Below, one piece after another: positions 18,243-26,307 of a stretch of DNA of 29,295 nucleotides. Each line of letters opens with the position of its first letter. The stretch's first letter is position 1. The position numbers and the translations under genes were made by a program. The DNA is taken from positions 1 through 29,295 of the forward strand of contig JBGAIQ010000064.1 of NCBI GenBank assembly GCA_044225365.1, in the 5' to 3' direction. The notes under the pieces are model-generated. The model was not told the DNA's origin. It did not search any database and was given only the letters and a program-made list of their open reading frames with translations. The DNA is from Planctomycetota bacterium. Its GTDB lineage: Bacteria > Planctomycetota > B15-G4 > JADJEK01.

Positions 18243-19484
18243 ATGTCCGTTCGCGCCTTCGAACCGAAGTTCATGAAGATCGGTGTGCTGACCGCGGCGC
18301 TGCAGGAGCTCACTCCCCGCAAGATCCGCGACGAGGATCCCGACCGCGCGATCGAGGAATGGCTCGAGTTCGCGAAGGATCTCGGCGTCGACGAGATCCA
18401 GCTCTCGGCCGCGCTGCACCCCTCCGAGTCCGACGTCCCGCCCGAGGCGATGCTCGATCCCGTCGCGAACACGCTCGACCTTCGCAAGCCGTTCGACAAG
18501 GCGCGCGCGGCGCGCGTGCTCGCCGCGGTGAAGGCGACGGGCGTCGCGATCGCCGACGTGGCGTACTTCGACAACATGCTCCATCACGACGGCGCGATCC
18601 GGAAGAAGAAGCACGACTTCATGCGCCGCGTGTTCGACGCCGCGCAACTCCTCGGCGCACGTGCCGTGTGCGGATTCGTCGGGCGCAATCAACAACTGCA
18701 GATGGAGCAGAACCTGTTCGACTTCGAGGAGTCGTTCGTTCCGCTCCTGAAGGAAGCGAAGGCCCGCGGGCTCGAGTATCGCGTCGAGCAGTGCCCGATG
18801 CCGGGCTGGACCACTTCGGACAACTGGCACAACAACATCGCGTACACGCCCGGCACGTGGATCGCATTGCATCGCATCTGCGAGAAGCACGGCGTGCCCG
18901 ATCAATTCCGCATCCACTACGATCCCTCCCACGCGATCCTGATGGGCCAGGACACCCGCTCGATCTTCCAGTGCCTGAAGGACGAGGGGTACAACTTCCT
19001 GATCGGCGGCTTCCACGTGAAGGGCCAGGTCGTGAACGCCAAGGGCGTTTCGATGTGGGGCTCCGGCGGGCAAACGGTGCAGCGCGGCGACTGGAAGGGC
19101 AATCGGCCCTCGCCGAACGCCGCGGACCATCTGAACGCGTGGAAGAAGCAGGTGGTGCTCTGCGAGCATGAACTGCCCGGCACCGCGAAGCACGACCCGC
19201 TCGCGTACCTGCAGAATCGTTCGGTCGACTGGCTCGACCATCAGCTCGCGGCGCGCGAGCTCTTGAAGCTCGACGTGCCGAACACGTCGCTCATCGTCGA
19301 ACACGAGTACGGCCCGGCGCGGGTGCAGGACAAGAGCAAGCTGCTGCCGATTCTGAAGGGGTCGATCGCGTTCACTCGGAACATCGATCGTGCGGCGGCG
19401 TGCATGCATGCGCTGCATCACGACGTCCTGCCGGCGCAGGGCATCCCGGTGCAGGGAGTCGGCCGGCAAGCGTATCGATCCTGA
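18243..19484 (+). CDS. Sugar phosphate isomerase/epimerase (xylose isomerase-like TIM barrel, AP endonuclease 2 family)
   Basis: Start moved to ATG 18243 (GGAGA RBS; ATG of MKIGVLT is an alternative). Metal-ligand motifs VEQCPM, YDPSH, FHVKG, IVEHE. Confidence 0.85.
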   Translation: MSVRAFEPKFMKIGVLTAALQELTPRKIRDEDPDRAIEEWLEFAKDLGVDEIQLSAALHPSESDVPPEAMLDPVANTLDLRKPFDKARAARVLAAVKATGVAIADVAYFDNMLHHDGAIRKKKHDFMRRVFDAAQLLGARAVCGFVGRNQQLQMEQNLFDFEESFVPLLKEAKARGLEYRVEQCPMPGWTTSDNWHNNIAYTPGTWIALHRICEKHGVPDQFRIHYDPSHAILMGQDTRSIFQCLKDEGYNFLIGGFHVKGQVVNAKGVSMWGSGGQTVQRGDWKGNRPSPNAADHLNAWKKQVVLCEHELPGTAKHDPLAYLQNRSVDWLDHQLAARELLKLDVPNTSLIVEHEYGPARVQDKSKLLPILKGSIAFTRNIDRAAACMHALHHDVLPAQGIPVQGVGRQAYRS

Positions 19485-19617
19485 CGGACCGCCAGGCTCT
19501 GCCCGGCATCGGATCGGAAGGAGCCAGGCGGAGCCTGGCGGTCCGATCGGCCTCCATCGGAACGCCGGGCTCTGCCCGGCATCGGATCGGAAGGAGCCAG
19601 GGGAGCCTGGCGGTCCG
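19485..19617. repeat. Tandem pair of REPIN/BIME-like units between convergent genes
   Basis: Unit 1 (19485-19545) and unit 2 (19558-19617) are near-identical. Unit 1 has perfect 15-bp terminal inverted repeats CGGACCGCCAGGCTC...GAGCCTGGCGGTCCG around an ATCGGATCGGAAGGA core. Confidence 0.85.
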
Positions 19618-19625
19618 GCGTTCGG

Positions 19626-21359
19626 CTACGGAAGGCGGAGGCGCCACAGCGCGAGCGCCGGCCCGGGTCGGTCGACGTTCCAGATCGCGGTGGCGGCGAA
19701 TTCGGGATCCATCGGCAGCATCGCCTCGCCGGGCGGTTTGCCGGAATACGGCAACAGTTCCGCGACCTTCTCGCCGCGCGCCGCGAGCACCGCGTCGAGC
19801 GCGGAGTTGCGGGGCGCCCCCGGCTTGCGGTCCACGGTGACGAGGTACTGCACGCCGGTCTCGGCGAGGAACTCGCCGACCGGCTTCTCGATCGGATGGT
19901 CCTTGTCCGTGCCACGTGCGAGCCACTGCTGCGGCCACGCCGAGGCGAATTCGTAGAACCGCTCGAGCGGCACCACGGAGTACGGCGGACGCGTCGGACT
20001 GCGCGGCGACTCCCCCGCCGCCTCGCGTTGCTCCAGGCGGCTCGTCCACTGCTCGAACTTCGTGAGCCGCTCGATCGCGCTCGCGTCGAATCGCAGGGGC
20101 GGGCCGTAGCCCTCGACCGCGACGATGCTCCCCTCCTTCACGTTCGACGCGACCTGCGCGAGAAAAGCCGTCCGCGTGTCGACCTGGCACAGCAGGTAGT
20201 CGAGGCGCAGACACTGCACCAACGGCAACGCGAGCAGCACGATCGCCGCCACCCGCACGCCCGCACCCGATGCGAGCATCGTTCGCGCCGCCGCCGCTCC
20301 GGCGATCGCAAGCAGCGGAATCGCCGGCGTGAGGTAGCGCGTGTGCGTTCCACCGTAGAAGACGAAGATCAGGAACACGACCGCGGGGTAGCCGAGAACG
20401 ATCGGTAGGGCTCCCTGCGCGAACGCGATCTTCTTCCTCACGAGCCACACGATGGCGAGCAGCACGAGGAGCACGAGCGCGGGCTCGAAGCCGATGAACC
20501 CGAGGATCGTCTCCTTGAAGCGTGCGAGGCCGAACACCTCGGTGCGCACCGATTGACCGCCGAGATCGAACTGCCCCGCCGTCTCGCCGCCCGAGGTCAC
20601 CGCGACGTCAGCCGAGATCCCGCGGATCAAGTACGGGAATCCGACGAGCAGTGCGACGACGCCGAATGCGATCGCACTCACGACGCCCGCCCGGATCGAG
20701 ATCGCCGGCAACGCGCGGATGCGCGCGATCACCGCCGCGGCGACGATCAGCACCGCGAGCCCGCCGGCCTGATGCGATGCGATCGCGAGGCCGGCGGCTC
20801 CGCCCATCCAAAGCGCGTTCTTCCACGTCGGCGCCGATTGCCAGCGCAGAGCGCGCAGCCCCGTGAGCGCGACGAACGCCGCGACCGCGACCCACGGCCG
20901 CGTGTCCTTGCCGAGGTGCACGAGCATCAATGACGTGCCGACGAGGTAGGCGGCGAGCAGCCCGACGCCGCGTTCAACACTGGCGAGGCGAGCGGCCTGG
21001 TACGTCCACAGGACGCAGAGCAGTCCGAGCAACGTGGTGAGGATCCGCGCGATCCAGTACAGCGGCGTCGGATCGTCGATCATCTTGTTGCCGAAGTCCT
21101 GCGCATCGCGATACTCGCCCGTCACCTTCCCGGCGGCGAACAACACGCCGTATTGCGGCAGCAACGCCATCGGCAAAAGGTACGGGTAGCTCGTGTACTT
21201 GTTCGGCGGCGGCGCGAGCGTTTTCTCCTGCGCCATTCCGAGCGCGCCGCGAACGACGTGCGTGTCCATCACGTAGCGATACGGCAAGGAGTGGAATAGG
21301 CCAGCGACCCGCAAAGCGAGAGCGATGCTGAGCACGATCCACAGTGCGCGATTCTTCAT
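19626..21359 (-). CDS. Integral membrane GT-C glycosyltransferase (ArnT/PMT-like)
   Basis: LALRVAGL then a loop with Asp (YVMDTH). YPYL, IARILTTLLG, ALWMGGAAGLAIAS, RYLTPAIPLL, and a C-terminal DTR...VAVEGY soluble domain. ATGA overlap with the upstream GT4. Confidence 0.78.
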   Translation of the reverse strand: MKNRALWIVLSIALALRVAGLFHSLPYRYVMDTHVVRGALGMAQEKTLAPPPNKYTSYPYLLPMALLPQYGVLFAAGKVTGEYRDAQDFGNKMIDDPTPLYWIARILTTLLGLLCVLWTYQAARLASVERGVGLLAAYLVGTSLMLVHLGKDTRPWVAVAAFVALTGLRALRWQSAPTWKNALWMGGAAGLAIASHQAGGLAVLIVAAAVIARIRALPAISIRAGVVSAIAFGVVALLVGFPYLIRGISADVAVTSGGETAGQFDLGGQSVRTEVFGLARFKETILGFIGFEPALVLLVLLAIVWLVRKKIAFAQGALPIVLGYPAVVFLIFVFYGGTHTRYLTPAIPLLAIAGAAAARTMLASGAGVRVAAIVLLALPLVQCLRLDYLLCQVDTRTAFLAQVASNVKEGSIVAVEGYGPPLRFDASAIERLTKFEQWTSRLEQREAAGESPRSPTRPPYSVVPLERFYEFASAWPQQWLARGTDKDHPIEKPVGEFLAETGVQYLVTVDRKPGAPRNSALDAVLAARGEKVAELLPYSGKPPGEAMLPMDPEFAATAIWNVDRPGPALALWRLRLP

Positions 21360-22546
21360 GGAAGGGACTTCTCCATTCGACCCTGCATGAAAGCACGCAG
21401 TGCGGTGGCGCGTGAATCGAACGTGTAACGAGCCGAGAGCGCGTATGCATTCTCCGCGAGTCGCGCCGCGAGCCTTGGATCGGCGAGGACCGACTCGATC
21501 GCATTCCGCAATGAGCCGGGGTCGTCCGCCGTCACGAGCTTCGCATCGACGTCGTCGGTCAGGATCTCACGGATCGACGACAGATTGGACGCGACGATCG
21601 GACGCCGAACCGCGAGATACTCGAAGAGCTTGAGCGGCGAGGTGTACCGCTCGGAGATCCGCGTCTTGCCGGAATTCGGGAGCACGAGAACATCGGCAGC
21701 CGCGAGATAGAGCGGAACCTCCGAGGGCGGAACCGGCGGATGCAGGACGACGTTCGTCGCGCCGGCATCGAGGATCAGTCGCTCGATGCGCGTGCGATCC
21801 TCGATGCGTCCACCGACGAGGAGCGCGTCGAACCGCGCGCGAGCCGCCGCCGCCACGAACGTATCGGCGCCCTTCCACGGGAAGAGATGGCCGGTGTACA
21901 CCGCGAGCGGACGGTCCATCGCGAGCGAGAGCTTCGAGCGCGCCGCTTCGCGCGTCGGCAGGTTCGAGAATCGCTTTCCGTCGAAGGCGTCCGGAAGGAC
22001 CTCGATCGAGTCCGCGACGACGCCCTCTCGCACGAGGTCGTCCTTCAGGCCCTGCGTGATCGTGACGATGCCGGCGCAGCGCGACAGCGCCGCGACCAAC
22101 TTCTTCAGTCGACCGCGATCCTCCGGGAGATCGTGGACCTCGTAGAAGAACGCGTGACGCTTCACGATCGCATCGGGGAGCAGGGCGAGCGACCACGCAT
22201 CGCGCGAGTACACGATCGAACGCTCCGCGTTCCGCAGTCGCGCCGCAAGCGATCGGGCGAAGGTCAGCGACTGGAGTACGAAAGGCAGTCGCTGGAATCG
22301 CGGCGGGACGCGATCGATGAGATCGAGCGATGCGAGCCGCTCGATCCGCGGCACGGCGGCGAGCGAGTAGTGCTTCGGAATGTCGGTGTCGGTGAGAGCG
22401 AAACGGTTGTTGCGCCGCGGCGCGAGGATCGTGACGTCGAGGCCGCACGTGGTGAGTGCGTCGACCTGCGCGAGGATCTGATACGCGTTCGCACGCTCGG
22501 ACGGGATCCGGACGTTCGCGACGTAGAGGACGCGAAGAGCGCTCAT
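21356..22546 (-). CDS. Glycosyltransferase family 4 (GT-B)
   Basis: Start moved to ATG 22546 (MSALRVLYVANVRIP). FFYEVHD, YTGHLFPWKG, TSPLKLFEYLA. Confidence 0.92.
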   Translation of the reverse strand: MSALRVLYVANVRIPSERANAYQILAQVDALTTCGLDVTILAPRRNNRFALTDTDIPKHYSLAAVPRIERLASLDLIDRVPPRFQRLPFVLQSLTFARSLAARLRNAERSIVYSRDAWSLALLPDAIVKRHAFFYEVHDLPEDRGRLKKLVAALSRCAGIVTITQGLKDDLVREGVVADSIEVLPDAFDGKRFSNLPTREAARSKLSLAMDRPLAVYTGHLFPWKGADTFVAAAARARFDALLVGGRIEDRTRIERLILDAGATNVVLHPPVPPSEVPLYLAAADVLVLPNSGKTRISERYTSPLKLFEYLAVRRPIVASNLSSIREILTDDVDAKLVTADDPGSLRNAIESVLADPRLAARLAENAYALSARYTFDSRATALRAFMQGRMEKSLP

Positions 22547-22553
22547 CCCGAGT

Positions 22554-24668
22554 TCACTTCTTCTCGGGACCGGCCCCGCCGCCGTTTCCCCCGCCTTTCG
22601 ACGACTGCGGATCGGCGGTCTGCTTCGACTTGGAATTCTGCGCCTCGAACACGCCTTCACGCGGACGGGCGCCGATGTAGCCGTTCTGCCGGAGGAGATC
22701 CTGGATCTCGGAGTTCCCGACTGCGGTCTTCGGCAGTTGGACCTCCGGCATGCGTGAATCGAATTCCTGCCACTCCTTCTCGAGGACGTCGAGAGCGGGA
22801 GGGCGGCTCGGATAGAGATTCACCCTCTCCCCCGGATCGGAGGCGAGGTCGAAGAACCGCGGCGGATCGTTCGGGTCGCGATCGCGCGCGCGGATCAGTT
22901 TCCAGTCACGGTTCTGCACCGAGAGATACGTGACGTTCTCGCAGTGCGCGAAGGCGTCGTTGTACGGCCGCTGGCCTCGCAGCCACGGCGTGAGACTGTG
23001 GCCGTCGAGGCTGTTCGCCTTGTCGAGCGTCGGCGATGCGATGCCCAGGAGATCGAGGATCGTCGGCATCACGTCGACCGCTTCCACGGGAACGTCGACA
23101 CGGAGTCCGCGCCCGACCCCATTCGGCACCTTCACGATCAGCGGGACGCGCTGATTCGTGTTGTACATCCAATTGTGTTCCCAGAGATCGTGCTCGCCGA
23201 GTTCTTCGCCGTGGTCGGCCGCGACCACGAAGACCGTGTCGTCGATCAATCCGTGATGCGTGAGGTACTCGTAGATCCCGCCGACCATCGCGTCGGCCTC
23301 GTGGACCGCGCCGTCGTAGAGATCGTTGATGCGCTGCACGTCGCCCGCGTTCGGCTTCCACGCGCCCGACATGATCGCTTCGGTGTGCTCGTTCGTGAAG
23401 CGGTGGAGACCGCCCTTGTAGCCCGGCGAGAAGAGGTCGTGTTCCTTCCCGGGGTCGTAGGGCGTGTGCGTCGAGTAGAGATGAACGAGCGCGAAGAAGC
23501 GTGCGTCTCGGTTCTCGCCGATCCAGTCGACGGCCTCGTCCGCGACGTACGTTTTGTCGAGCGCCTGCCGCACCTTGGTGAAGAGCATGTGGAGCACGAG
23601 TTCCGAGCGGAACAGGCTCCACATCGAGCGCCGGTTCACGACGTCGCGTGCGACCATCGACTCGAGATAGGTCTCGAAGCCCGAGAGCAGCCCGCTCGCG
23701 TTGCTGAGCATGCCGGTGAGGAATGCGCCGGTCCGGTAGCCGTTGTCCTGCAGCACCTTTTGCAGTGTGAGATTCGTCTTCGGGCTGAAGTAGACCGTGG
23801 GGTCCATCTTGAGCAGCCCGTGCTTGCGAGGGTACTTGCCCGTGAAGTACGAACCGAACGAGGTCCAGGTGTACGGCGCCTGCACGACGGCGCGCTCGAA
23901 GAGGGTCGACTCCGCGGCGATGCGATCGATGCGCGGGCTCGTGGGCCGCGAGTAGCCGTAGCACCCGAGCCGATCGGCGCGGAGCGTGTCGACGATCACG
24001 AAGACGACGTTGTACTTGCCCTTCGCGTCCGCGCGGCTCGGCACCTGCGCGTCGATCACGCGCTCGCGGCCGTAGAAGCCGATCCCGATCACGGCGATGA
24101 CGAGGAGCGTCACGAAGCGCCCGCGCACCGAGAGTCGCGGCATCGCAAGCATTCGCTTCGTCACGAACACGCCGCAGGCGATGGCGACGAGCGCGAGGAC
24201 GACGCTCAGCAGCATCCGCTTCGGCGAGTAGAAGTGCTCGCTGTAGGCGAAGTGGAAGAGAAAGCGCGTCCACCAGAACAGGTTGAAGAAGATCGCGAAG
24301 AAGACGACCGAGAAGCGTGGCGCGACGAACGCGCACCAACTCGGGTCCTTGCGCGTCACCACTCGCAGCAGCGGCGCGAGCAATACGCTCGCGAGGAATC
24401 CGATGAAGGCCCCGGCCACGGCGTACTCGAAACCCGAGAGCACGGTCGCGGTGAGGGCGTCGAGCAGGCTGAACTGCGGGATCAGAAGGAGTCCGGGATT
24501 CGCGAACCACTTGAAGAAGGCCGCGCGCCCGAGCGTCTCGGCCGCGCCCCAAACCGCGCCGAGGAATGCCGCTGCGAGCACTCCGAGCGCGACTTGGGTC
24601 GACAGGGAGGGCGCGGCGATGGCCGAGGAAGCGGTTTCGCGTGGATTGCCGGCGGAAGGTTCGGTCAT
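22554..24668 (-). CDS. Sulfatase-like hydrolase/transferase (alkaline phosphatase superfamily) with about 5 N-terminal TM helices
   Basis: Start placed at ATG 24668 (MTEPS), since the longer ORF overlaps the divergent gene. VIVDTLRADRLGCYGY, APYTWTSFGSYFTGKYP, HLYSTHTPY, ADHGEE, RVPLI, FDLASDPGE. Confidence 0.88.
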   Translation of the reverse strand: MTEPSAGNPRETASSAIAAPSLSTQVALGVLAAAFLGAVWGAAETLGRAAFFKWFANPGLLLIPQFSLLDALTATVLSGFEYAVAGAFIGFLASVLLAPLLRVVTRKDPSWCAFVAPRFSVVFFAIFFNLFWWTRFLFHFAYSEHFYSPKRMLLSVVLALVAIACGVFVTKRMLAMPRLSVRGRFVTLLVIAVIGIGFYGRERVIDAQVPSRADAKGKYNVVFVIVDTLRADRLGCYGYSRPTSPRIDRIAAESTLFERAVVQAPYTWTSFGSYFTGKYPRKHGLLKMDPTVYFSPKTNLTLQKVLQDNGYRTGAFLTGMLSNASGLLSGFETYLESMVARDVVNRRSMWSLFRSELVLHMLFTKVRQALDKTYVADEAVDWIGENRDARFFALVHLYSTHTPYDPGKEHDLFSPGYKGGLHRFTNEHTEAIMSGAWKPNAGDVQRINDLYDGAVHEADAMVGGIYEYLTHHGLIDDTVFVVAADHGEELGEHDLWEHNWMYNTNQRVPLIVKVPNGVGRGLRVDVPVEAVDVMPTILDLLGIASPTLDKANSLDGHSLTPWLRGQRPYNDAFAHCENVTYLSVQNRDWKLIRARDRDPNDPPRFFDLASDPGERVNLYPSRPPALDVLEKEWQEFDSRMPEVQLPKTAVGNSEIQDLLRQNGYIGARPREGVFEAQNSKSKQTADPQSSKGGGNGGGAGPEKK

Positions 24669-24700
24669 GGATTCGGTCGGAGGAATCGATCTCGACGGGA

Positions 24701-24821
24701 AGTGTATCGGCAACCACGACACGTGGATCGGATCCGTCCCAAAAGAATCGGGCCGAACGGGATCCGCACCCACGATCCGGCCGAAATCGCGGATGCCTGC
24801 CGCCACCGTCGGGCGTATCCT
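24701..24821. promoter_or_regulatory. Divergent promoter region with two TAnnnT -10-like hexamers
   Basis: TACACT on the minus strand (24706-24701) faces the TM sulfatase-like gene. TATCCT on the plus strand (24816-24821) lies 7 nt before ATG 24829. Confidence 0.4.
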
Positions 24822-24828
24822 TTGCGGC

Positions 24829-26307
24829 ATGATCGCCCCCCGACACCTCGCCGCCGCGGCCATCCTGCTCGCCGCCGTCTCCACGGGTTGCTCCCACGAA
24901 ACCGCTCGCGCGAAGCACCTCCTCCTGATCTCCGTCGACACGCTGAACGCCGATCATCTCGGCTGCTACGGCGGCAAGAATCGCCCGAGCCCCGCGATCG
25001 ACCAGCTCGCCTCCGAAGGCGCTCGCTTCGAACGCGCCTACGTCCCGCGCGGGATGACGCTCGCGTCGATGGCCACCTACTTCACGTCGAAATACCCGAG
25101 CGAGCACGGCGTGATCGACAACATCCACAAGCTCTCGCGCGACGAGTACACGCTTGCGGAACGACTCGACGACGCAGGCTTCCGCCGCCTCGCGTACAAC
25201 GCTTCGGAGATCCTGAATTCCGATCGCGGCACGCGCATCGATCAGGGCTTCAAGCAGAACGTCTTCTTCACCAAGGTCGGCGAGGATCGCGCGCTCACCC
25301 GCGACGTCGTCTCGTACCTGAAGTCGAGCTTCGGCAAGAATCCGAAGCGCGAATTCGTGTGGGTGCACCTCGTCTCGCCGCACAAGCCGTACGAGCCGCC
25401 GCGCGAGAGCATCGCCAAGTTCGATCCGGGATATTCCGGCAAGCTCGACACCAACGGCAAGGAGCTCGAGGCGATCGTCGAGGGCGTCTACCTGAAGAAG
25501 GAGCCGCTCGATGCGAAGGACAAGAAGCACTTCGATGCGATCTACGACGGCGAGGTGGTCACGGTCGACACCTGCGTGTCCGAGATGATGGCGGCGCTCG
25601 AAGCGAGTGGCGCGGCGGACGACACGCTCGTGGTGTTCGTCGCCGACCACGGCGAAGAGCTGTACCTGCACAACCTCTACCCGTACCACGCCAATTGCCC
25701 GTATCGCTGCGTGACGCGCGTACCGTGGATCTTCCGCCAGAAGGGCGCGATCGCGCCGAAGGTCGTTCCGGACGTCGTCGAGAGCGTCGATTTCCTCCCG
25801 ACCGTCCTCGCCTGGCTCGGGCTCTCCGACAAGATCCCGGGCGACACCGAGGCCAACAAGCCGCGCGGCCGCGACGCCTCCGCGCTGCTCACGGGCGCCA
25901 CGCTCCCCGAGAAACTCGCCTTCGGCCGCATCGACGAATGCGCGGATCGCCCGGAGAACACGGGTGTGGGTACCGTCCGCGACGCCCACTGGTCGCTCGT
26001 CGTGAACACCGACGGCTGGTGCCCCGACTTCCCGCCCGAAGGTGGCTCCTACCCGATCCCATCGCTCGCGCTCTACGACCTCGACAAGGATCCGGATGAA
26101 CTGCTCGACGTCGCGAAGCAACACCCCGAGGTCGTGACGCGACTGAGCGAGGCCCTCGCGGGTTGGATCGGACCACTCAAAACCCATAACGCCGATCTCA
26201 TCGACAAGGCGAAGAGTCCGGAAGAGATCGAGATGCTGAAGAAACTGGGGTACACCGGGGGCGCAGTCAGTTCCGAACCGCAGCGCGTCCGCTGCAATCC
26301 GAGATGA
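24829..26307 (+). CDS. Sulfatase-like hydrolase/transferase, predicted lipoprotein
   Basis: Start moved to ATG 24829. Lipobox-like VSTG-C. LISVDTLNADHLGCYG, PRGMTLASMATYFTSKYP, HLVSPHKPY, ADHGEE, LYDLDKDPDE, C-terminal LKKLGY. Confidence 0.88.
   Translation: MIAPRHLAAAAILLAAVSTGCSHETARAKHLLLISVDTLNADHLGCYGGKNRPSPAIDQLASEGARFERAYVPRGMTLASMATYFTSKYPSEHGVIDNIHKLSRDEYTLAERLDDAGFRRLAYNASEILNSDRGTRIDQGFKQNVFFTKVGEDRALTRDVVSYLKSSFGKNPKREFVWVHLVSPHKPYEPPRESIAKFDPGYSGKLDTNGKELEAIVEGVYLKKEPLDAKDKKHFDAIYDGEVVTVDTCVSEMMAALEASGAADDTLVVFVADHGEELYLHNLYPYHANCPYRCVTRVPWIFRQKGAIAPKVVPDVVESVDFLPTVLAWLGLSDKIPGDTEANKPRGRDASALLTGATLPEKLAFGRIDECADRPENTGVGTVRDAHWSLVVNTDGWCPDFPPEGGSYPIPSLALYDLDKDPDELLDVAKQHPEVVTRLSEALAGWIGPLKTHNADLIDKAKSPEEIEMLKKLGYTGGAVSSEPQRVRCNPR

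Noticed and set aside
19485-19617. Possible mini CRISPR array
   Set aside because: Only two units with near-identical internal sequence, no unique spacers and no cas genes. It fits a REPIN better.
22906-26187. 1093-aa (-) and 1051-aa (+) ORFs spanning the sulfatase-like genes
   Set aside because: Arg-rich off-frame/antisense translations overlapping motif-bearing CDSs.
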